DNA of 55,054 bases from Lacinutrix sp. (lineage in GTDB: Bacteria > Bacteroidota > Bacteroidia > Flavobacteriales > Flavobacteriaceae). The stretch is taken from positions 1-55,054 of the forward strand of contig NZ_JALZVX010000004.1 of the NCBI RefSeq assembly GCF_023299985.1, in the 5' to 3' direction. Both the position numbers and the translations under genes were made by a program. Positions 48,341 to 55,054 of this stretch are shown here, piece after piece; within the stretch, counting starts at the first letter, position 1, and each line of letters begins with the position of its first letter. The notes beneath the pieces are model-generated. The model worked only from the letters and a program-made list of their open reading frames with translations. It had not been told where the DNA came from and did no database searches.

Positions 48341-49246
48341 ATGAAACTAAATATTTTAGGTTGCTACAGTGCAACACCACGAACGTTTACTAATCCAACT
48401 TCCCAAGTATTAGAAATAAATAATCATGTATTTTTAATAGATTGTGGAGAAGGCACACAGGTAGAACTGCGAAGACATAAAATAAAGTTTAATCGTATTA
48501 AACACATTTTTATTTCTCATTTGCATGGCGACCATTTTTTTGGTTTAGTTGGTTTAATATCTACCATGCGATTGCTAACCCGTGAAACAGATTTGCATAT
48601 TCACGCACCAAAAGGTTTAAAAGAAGTAGTAACGCTTCAAATGAAATTAGCTAATTCATGGACTAATTATAACCTTATTTTTCATGAACTAAATAGCAAG
48701 ACTTCAGAATTAATTTTTGAAGATAGTAAGGTAGAAGTTCATACAATTCCTCTAGACCATCGTGTTTACACTAATGGTTTCTTGTTTAAAGAAAAAGAAG
48801 GAGAACGTAAGTTAGATATTGCGGCTGTAGAAAACGCTAATATTGATGTAGCTTATTACAGAAAGCTAAAACAAGGTTTCGATGTAGAAAATAACGATGG
48901 TAAACTTATAAAAAACGAAACTGTAACCTCTTCACCAGAAAAACCTAAAAGCTATGCGTTTTGTAGCGATACAGCTTACAAAGAAGATATTGTGCCTATT
49001 ATTAAAGATGTAGATGTTTTATACCACGAATCTACATTTCTTGAACAACATGCACATTTAGCACCCAAAACAAAGCACAGTACTGCTAAAGAGGCAGGAA
49101 GTATTGCAAAACAAGCAAATGTTGGGACTTTGTTGCTTGGACATTATTCTACTAGATACGATGATTTAAATGTTTTTAAAACTGAAGCTAAAGAGCACTT
49201 TAAAAATGTTGAGCTAGCAGACGATGGTAAGGTTTTCGAATTTTAA
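48341..49246 (+). CDS. rnz: Ribonuclease Z
   Basis: DCGEGTQ, SHLHGDH, SDT, HEST, HST, GHYSTRY. Confidence 0.95.
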   Translation: MKLNILGCYSATPRTFTNPTSQVLEINNHVFLIDCGEGTQVELRRHKIKFNRIKHIFISHLHGDHFFGLVGLISTMRLLTRETDLHIHAPKGLKEVVTLQMKLANSWTNYNLIFHELNSKTSELIFEDSKVEVHTIPLDHRVYTNGFLFKEKEGERKLDIAAVENANIDVAYYRKLKQGFDVENNDGKLIKNETVTSSPEKPKSYAFCSDTAYKEDIVPIIKDVDVLYHESTFLEQHAHLAPKTKHSTAKEAGSIAKQANVGTLLLGHYSTRYDDLNVFKTEAKEHFKNVELADDGKVFEF

Positions 49247-49339
49247 TTTTATTAATACGTTTATATTTTTAATTATAAATATATATTGTATTTGCTGAAT
49301 TACTTTTTAAATAATTTTTAAATCTCGTAACTTGCAGCT

Positions 49340-49987
49340 ATGGAAAAAGATTTAGGAAATTACAGAAAGTCTTACGAAAAAAGTGAACTACTACTTAAAG
49401 ACACTCCAGAACATCCAATAGAGTTGTTTAAAACTTGGTTTAATGACGTAGATAAACATTTTCCTGAAGAAGAGACTAATGCTATGTCTATTTCTACAAT
49501 TGGCTTAAATGGTTATCCTAAGAGTAGAGTAGTGCTGCTTAAAAAATATACTTCTGATGGTTTTATTTTCTACACTAATTATGAAAGTGAAAAAGGTCAA
49601 GCTATTATAAATAATCCAAAAGTATGTTTGTCATTTTTTTGGCCTGGAGCCGAAAGACAAGTTATAATAAAAGGAATAGCAAAAAAAGTAGCTAATAGTG
49701 TAAGTGACGATTATTTTAAATCACGTCCAAGAGGAAGTCAATTTGGTGCGTTAGTATCTAAACAGAGTGCTGTAATAGAAAATAGAAACGTATTAGAATC
49801 TAAACTTAAAGCGCTTGAAGCGGAATTTGAAAGTATAGAAATACAAAGGCCACAGTTTTGGGGAGGATTTATTATAGAGCCTGTTGAAATAGAATTTTGG
49901 CAAGGACGTCCTAACAGATTACACGATCGTATTCATTATAAATTAAATAATGACTTTTCTTGGACTAAAAACAGATTATCACCATGA
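49340..49987 (+). CDS. pdxH: Pyridoxamine 5'-phosphate oxidase
   Basis: RVVLLK, FYTNYESEKG, EFWQGRPNRLHDR. Confidence 0.96.
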   Translation: MEKDLGNYRKSYEKSELLLKDTPEHPIELFKTWFNDVDKHFPEEETNAMSISTIGLNGYPKSRVVLLKKYTSDGFIFYTNYESEKGQAIINNPKVCLSFFWPGAERQVIIKGIAKKVANSVSDDYFKSRPRGSQFGALVSKQSAVIENRNVLESKLKALEAEFESIEIQRPQFWGGFIIEPVEIEFWQGRPNRLHDRIHYKLNNDFSWTKNRLSP

Positions 49988-50170
49988 TCGTTAGGTTAAA
50001 ACGCTATTAACTTCGTCTAAACGCATATAAAATCATTCAATAATAGCACTTAGCCGATTAAAAACATTAAATACCGTTGAAATACATGTTTTTAGTCGAT
50101 TTTAACATTTAATTAACATTTCGTTACGTTTTGCTTGGGTATATTTAAGTCCCCAAACATATGTAACCTT

Positions 50171-50656
50171 ATGAAAAATTTACTTAACCTACTTGTGCTA
50201 TCCTTATTTTTAACTTTTTCAACTTCATGTACTAAAGATAGTGAAGACGTTTTAAAATTAGAAGATATTACTATCCCTGAAACGAAAACTATTGAAATAG
50301 AAATAATGGAACTTATAAATGCTTATAGGATCGACAAAGGTTTAAACGCTTTAGATCATAATGATTTAGTTAAATCACAAGCATTTTCTCATTCAAATTT
50401 CATGGCAGAAGCAGGTAATATTTCTCATGCAAATTTTTATACTAGAAAGTCTTTCCTGGTAAATAATGCAGGAGCTAATATTGTAACAGAAAATGTTGCT
50501 TATGGATTTACGTCTGCAGAATCTGTAGTAAATGCTTGGATAAATAGTGATGGACATAGAGTAAATATGGAAGGAGATTATACAAATTTTGATGTCTCTG
50601 CAGAAAAAAATAATCAAGGAAACTGGTACTTTACAAATATATTTATGAAAAAATAA
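50171..50656 (+). CDS. CAP/SCP domain lipoprotein
   Basis: Lipobox STSC; LINAYR, HSNFM, ENVAYG, WINSDGHR. Confidence 0.9.
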   Translation: MKNLLNLLVLSLFLTFSTSCTKDSEDVLKLEDITIPETKTIEIEIMELINAYRIDKGLNALDHNDLVKSQAFSHSNFMAEAGNISHANFYTRKSFLVNNAGANIVTENVAYGFTSAESVVNAWINSDGHRVNMEGDYTNFDVSAEKNNQGNWYFTNIFMKK

Positions 50657-50673
50657 TACTTAAAATATTACAT

Positions 50674-50705
50674 AAAAAGAGCGATTTATTATAATCGCTC
50701 TTTTT
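50674..50705. terminator. Bidirectional terminator
   Basis: AAAAAGAGCGATT-tattat-AATCGCTCTTTTT. Confidence 0.88.
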
Positions 50706-50782
50706 GTATTTAAATATGTCTTTTGTTATTTTTTTTTGAAATATAGATTTAAGATTAAATAACTTATTTTTTGAAATATAAA

Positions 50783-52726
50783 TTATTCTCCAACGTAACC
50801 ACCAGTAATTATAAATTTAGAGCGTCTATTTTCTTGATGTTCCTCTTCACTACAACTCTTACTGTTAGCATCGTTACAATGGTTAACTAATTGGCTCTCT
50901 CCATAACCAATAGCGCTTTCTACTCTGTTAGTTTCTATACTTCTTGAGAATAAATAGTCTCTGGTAGATTTTGCTCTTCTATCAGATAATTTTTTGTTAT
51001 AAGCGTCCCTACCACGACTGTCTGTATGAGATTCAATTTTAATAACCATTTTAGGGTGTTCTCTCATTACAGCTACAATATTTTCAAGTTCGTAAGCTGC
51101 TTCTGGTCTAATCTCTGATTTATTATAATCGAAAAATATTGGATTAATTACAATTTCAACATCAATAATTAAAGGCGTTAAAAAGAGTTCTACAAAAGTT
51201 TCATCACCACTTTCTTCATTTGTTGTTACATCTTTTTGGTCTGGTCTATAAATTACTCTTTCTCCAAGAATTACAAAGTTTTGATTACAAGCTACATTTT
51301 TAAATTCGTAAGCACCATCTTTATCAGATGTTTCCATTTGTATTACTTTACCATTTTCATCCATTAATTTCACAACTACTTTTGCAAGTGGCTCATTAGT
51401 AATTTTATTTTTTGTAATACCTTTTATTATTTGTTTACACTCATATTTACCAAAACTGTAGATATCGTCGCCACCTTTACCACCTTCTCTATTTGAAGAG
51501 AAATAACCTGTATTAGTCTCTGTATCTATAAAAAATCCAAAATCGTCGAAACCACTATTATAAGGCGCTCCTAAATTTTTGATATATACTTCTGCGGTGT
51601 CCCTTTTTAGTATATTACTTTCAAATATATCATAGAGACCTAAGTTTATATGACCATCTGATGAGAAGTAAAATGTTGAGTCTTTTGCAATAAAAGGAAA
51701 GTTTTCTCTTCCTTCTGTATTAATCTTACTACCTAAGTTTATAGGGTTTCCAAATGTGCCATCATTATTAATTTTTACTTTGTAAATATCTGTAAGACCT
51801 TTAGAGCCTTCGCGATCTGATGAGAAATAAAGTTGTTTTTCATCTGGACTTAAAGTTGGTGATCCTGTAGAAAAATCTTCTCCATTAAATGGTAGCTCTT
51901 CAATTTTCTTCCATTTATTATCAACTTTCTTTGCTCTAAAAAGTTTAATCTGTGAAGTTCCTTCTTTGTCGTATTTTGCTTTATTTTTATTATTTAAGTT
52001 TATTCGAGTAAAGTACATTGTTTCACCATCTTTTGTAATAGCAACTGAACTTTCATGAAAATCGGAATTTATTTCGTTGGATTCTATTTTAATAGGTGAA
52101 CCAACTAATTTTGTTCCTTCATTTATAGAAATGTCAGACTGATATATATCTAAAAAAGGTTCTTTGTTCCATTGATATAATTTTTTCTGGTCTATAATTG
52201 TGTCTTCAACTCTTGTTGAAGCAAAATAAAGAACTTTGTCAATTTCAAAACTTCCAAAATCTGAGTATTTGGTGTTAATTTCAAGGTTTTCAAAATTTAC
52301 ATAAACGTTATCAGTAGATTCTAAAGCTTCAAATTTTTCAATATCGAATTCATCATCTTCAATACGTTTATCATTTTTTTTACGCTCTTTAAAAATAGTA
52401 GACCATTTTTTAGATTCTTCAAATTGATTTAAACTACGTAATGTTTGTACATATTTGTACAAGTATTCAGGATTAACGTCCTTATATTTTACTACTGCTT
52501 TTTTATACCAATAGCTAGCTAGTTTTACATTAGAGTTATTATAGTAACAATCACCAAGTCTAGTTAATACGTGTTCTGTTGTATCTCCTTTTTTTAATAC
52601 TTCTAAGTATAATTCTGTTGCTTGATAATAGGCATAATCTTTAAAAAAATTATCGGCTACTTTTGTTTGCGCTATCGAAATATAGGCAGTTAAAAAAAAT
52701 AATATATATAGTAAACTTTTTTTCAT
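50783..52726 (-). CDS. OmpA family protein (TPR + PD40 + CarboxypepD_reg + OmpA_C; PorE-like)
   Basis: YFSSDREG PD40 repeats; IFFDYNKS, SHTDSRG, LSDRRA, NRRS. Confidence 0.92.
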   Translation of the reverse strand: MKKSLLYILFFLTAYISIAQTKVADNFFKDYAYYQATELYLEVLKKGDTTEHVLTRLGDCYYNNSNVKLASYWYKKAVVKYKDVNPEYLYKYVQTLRSLNQFEESKKWSTIFKERKKNDKRIEDDEFDIEKFEALESTDNVYVNFENLEINTKYSDFGSFEIDKVLYFASTRVEDTIIDQKKLYQWNKEPFLDIYQSDISINEGTKLVGSPIKIESNEINSDFHESSVAITKDGETMYFTRINLNNKNKAKYDKEGTSQIKLFRAKKVDNKWKKIEELPFNGEDFSTGSPTLSPDEKQLYFSSDREGSKGLTDIYKVKINNDGTFGNPINLGSKINTEGRENFPFIAKDSTFYFSSDGHINLGLYDIFESNILKRDTAEVYIKNLGAPYNSGFDDFGFFIDTETNTGYFSSNREGGKGGDDIYSFGKYECKQIIKGITKNKITNEPLAKVVVKLMDENGKVIQMETSDKDGAYEFKNVACNQNFVILGERVIYRPDQKDVTTNEESGDETFVELFLTPLIIDVEIVINPIFFDYNKSEIRPEAAYELENIVAVMREHPKMVIKIESHTDSRGRDAYNKKLSDRRAKSTRDYLFSRSIETNRVESAIGYGESQLVNHCNDANSKSCSEEEHQENRRSKFIITGGYVGE

Positions 52727-52731
52727 CTTTA

Positions 52732-53679
52732 TTAGAAATATCTAGGAGATTTAATACGTTTTCTTGGTTTATATACTTCGAACATTAATAAAATCTCGTG
52801 TGTACCACTAGTGTATGGTCTTAAGTCTGAAAGAAAATATTCATAAGTATAACCAATTCTTAATTGTTGTGAAACCTGAAAATCTGCTTGTGCTCCAAGT
52901 GTAGTAGTATCTAGATTATAACGGTAACCACCACCTAACCAGAATTTTTCGAAGAATAATAAATTAGCATTAATATCGAATGAAATTGGTGCTCCGTTTG
53001 TAACTTTAAATAAAGCTGATGGTTTTAATTTAAGGTCTGAGCTAAGATCAAAAACATAACCTCCTGTAACATAATATCCAATGCGCTCTAAAGCTAAATA
53101 TTCTGGTCCAGCATCATTGTTACCTCTTAGGTTATAATCTGTATTTAAAATTCTTGGTGCAGATAAACCTAGATACCATCTATTACTATGAAGGAATAAA
53201 CCAACACCAATATTAGGATTCCAACGGCTTGATATATCACTAAAAAAAGGATCGGCAGCTATTTCTTGTTCATTTAAAAAGCCGTCACCATCTAAATTAT
53301 AATGTGTGAAACCAGCTTTTAATCCAAAAGCTAATTTTGTAGTTTCACTTGTATTTATGGTATAAGAAAAATCACCATAAGCAAATACAAAGTTTTCAAA
53401 ACCTAATTGGTCGTTAATAATTGATAGTCCTATACCTATTTGTTCTTTTTCTAATGGAGAATGAATAGATACAGTTTGTGTACTTGGTCCACCTTCTAAA
53501 CCAACCCATTGGGTTCTATGTAAACCAACAACACTTATTGTTTCTCTACTTCCTGCATATGCAGGGTTTACAGATATGGTATTAAACATATACTGTGAAA
53601 ATTGAGGTAGTTGTTGTGCAAAGGAAAATGTGCAACTTAATGCTATAATAGCAAATATATAAACTCTACTTTTTTTCAT
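52732..53679 (-). CDS. Type IX secretion system membrane protein PorP/SprF family
   Basis: QFSQYMFN.ISVNPAYAG, RTQWVG, GTHE, C-terminal SPRYF. Confidence 0.93.
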   Translation of the reverse strand: MKKSRVYIFAIIALSCTFSFAQQLPQFSQYMFNTISVNPAYAGSRETISVVGLHRTQWVGLEGGPSTQTVSIHSPLEKEQIGIGLSIINDQLGFENFVFAYGDFSYTINTSETTKLAFGLKAGFTHYNLDGDGFLNEQEIAADPFFSDISSRWNPNIGVGLFLHSNRWYLGLSAPRILNTDYNLRGNNDAGPEYLALERIGYYVTGGYVFDLSSDLKLKPSALFKVTNGAPISFDINANLLFFEKFWLGGGYRYNLDTTTLGAQADFQVSQQLRIGYTYEYFLSDLRPYTSGTHEILLMFEVYKPRKRIKSPRYF

Positions 53680-53687
53680 TAATTTTA

Positions 53688-55054
53688 TTATTTTGTACCT
53701 AAATACAATGGTCCTGTAATAGGATCTAGTCCACTATCTCTTAAAATTATAACGTAATAATATGTTCCATTTGGCAACTTATTTGCACTACCTAATGATT
53801 CTTTAATGGCTTGACCACTCCAATCGTTTTTATAATTCTTAGCATCGAAAATTATGCCACCATAACGATTAAATATTTGTAAATCGATAATGAAACCACA
53901 TTTTAAGTCTCCTTGAATAGAGAAGAAATCATTATGTCCATCACCATTAGGAGTTACTGCTTTTGAAATAATATAACCTTCAACTCCACATGGTAGTACA
54001 ATACAGTCGTTAGTAATTTCTATTGTTACTCTAGTTGTAGCTATACAATCTTGACTAGTTACAGAATAATTAAATATATAATCACCAAGTTCTAATTCTA
54101 ATGGATCGAAAGTACCATCACTATTAACTGTTACGTCTCCTTGTTCAACGTTCCATGTTCCAGAATCGTCTATTCCGTCTGCTAAAAATTCAAATAAATC
54201 TATAATACCATCTTCTGAACAGCGTTCAGCATCAAGATTATTAACAAAATTTTCACTTATAACATTAATTGTTTGTGTAAAACTATCAGAATTATTACAA
54301 CTATCTGTAACTACCCATTCCCAAATAATTTGATAATCTTCACCATCACCAAGGTTATTGTTAGTTTCAGTAAAATCTAAAGTAACATCAACATTAGAAC
54401 ATTCATCAGAGAATTCTAAAGTTGGTGGTTCAGGGATTTCAGAACAAATTACGAAAGATTCAGGCTCTAAGTCTGTTAATAGAGTTGGAGCAATAGTATC
54501 TTCTATCGTTAATATAGCTACTAAAATTGACTGATTTCCACAGTCGTCAGCTACTGTATATGTTACTTCTATTGTTCCTCCAGCACCACAGTCTGAATTC
54601 AAATTAACAAATGCATAATCTGAAGTCACAGTGTTTGTTATATCAGCATCACAAGCATCAACTCCACAAGATGTAAGTGCTAAAATATTATCAGCATTCC
54701 AGTTGTCTGCAAGTGTTTCATTTTCATCTCCATTACATTCTAGAGTAGTATCTGTTACACTACAATTAGATAAATCTGGTCCAGTTGAATCTTCAAGTGT
54801 TAATGTAGCAGTTGTTGTTACTATGTTTCCACAATCATCTCCAATAGTATAAGTTACTAGTATTGTACCACTAAGACCACAAGTTGAAATCAAGTTAGTG
54901 AAATCGAAATCTGAAGTTACTGTATAAGTTGCATCAGCATCACAATTATCGCTTGGACAAGTAGTTAAAGCCAAGATATTAGCAGCATCCCAATCACTAG
55001 CAAGTGTTGCATTATCAGTTCCGTTACATTCTATAGTAGTATCTGCTACATCAG
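53688..55054 (-). CDS. Large T9SS type-B CTD (gliding-motility-associated C-terminal domain) adhesin, 3' part; start lies beyond the window
   Basis: Frame stays open to the window edge (DVADTTIECNGTDN...); VTPNGDGHNDFF, IFNRYG, WSG, LPNGTYYY; Cys-rich HYR-like repeats 97 aa apart. Confidence 0.9.
   Translation of the reverse strand, partial: DVADTTIECNGTDNATLASDWDAANILALTTCPSDNCDADATYTVTSDFDFTNLISTCGLSGTILVTYTIGDDCGNIVTTTATLTLEDSTGPDLSNCSVTDTTLECNGDENETLADNWNADNILALTSCGVDACDADITNTVTSDYAFVNLNSDCGAGGTIEVTYTVADDCGNQSILVAILTIEDTIAPTLLTDLEPESFVICSEIPEPPTLEFSDECSNVDVTLDFTETNNNLGDGEDYQIIWEWVVTDSCNNSDSFTQTINVISENFVNNLDAERCSEDGIIDLFEFLADGIDDSGTWNVEQGDVTVNSDGTFDPLELELGDYIFNYSVTSQDCIATTRVTIEITNDCIVLPCGVEGYIISKAVTPNGDGHNDFFSIQGDLKCGFIIDLQIFNRYGGIIFDAKNYKNDWSGQAIKESLGSANKLPNGTYYYVIILRDSGLDPITGPLYLGTK

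Noticed and set aside
87-54852. Short antisense or nested ORFs in the track (e.g. 87-314, 8261-8725, 10430-10912, 12964-13170, 23230-23688, 34558-34965, 37686-38219, 43090-43296)
   Set aside because: They overlap well-supported genes on the opposite strand or in another frame and have no recognisable motifs.
53688-54974. ORF-track start at 54974 (428-aa protein)
   Set aside because: The frame stays open to the window edge and there is no signal peptide at 54974; the gene is cut off by the window.

Overview
AT-rich chromosome segment from a Flavobacteriaceae (Bacteroidota) genome. The assignment is inferred from T9SS genes (porQ, PorP/SprF, type-B CTD), TAnnTTTG promoters and a 6S-like RNA between zapA and rny. 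Most of it is housekeeping: msrA, folE, zapA, rny, xerD, aroQ, lpdA, two msrB, an ECF sigma operon, lon, porQ, cmk, rpsA, pyrR/pyrB, rnz, pdxH and the 3' part of a T9SS adhesin locus. The standout is between porQ and cmk. A single 1246-bp segment (40117-41362) carrying a PKD-like lipoprotein gene is flanked by two attC-like imperfect palindromes whose outer arms are swapped. This is the pattern expected if a circular gene cassette recombined at G|TT into a 61-nt hairpin downstream of a Bacteroidota promoter. No integron integrase is present in the window. Other points of note: a (TAACTAC)5 repeat in the peptidase M61 leader, an ECF-type promoter motif shared by two loci, a two-hairpin rpsA leader with complementary loops, a REP doublet between pyrR and pyrB, a patchwork of decayed mini-repeats after cmk, and two LysM proteins that share an unexplained N-terminal motif.
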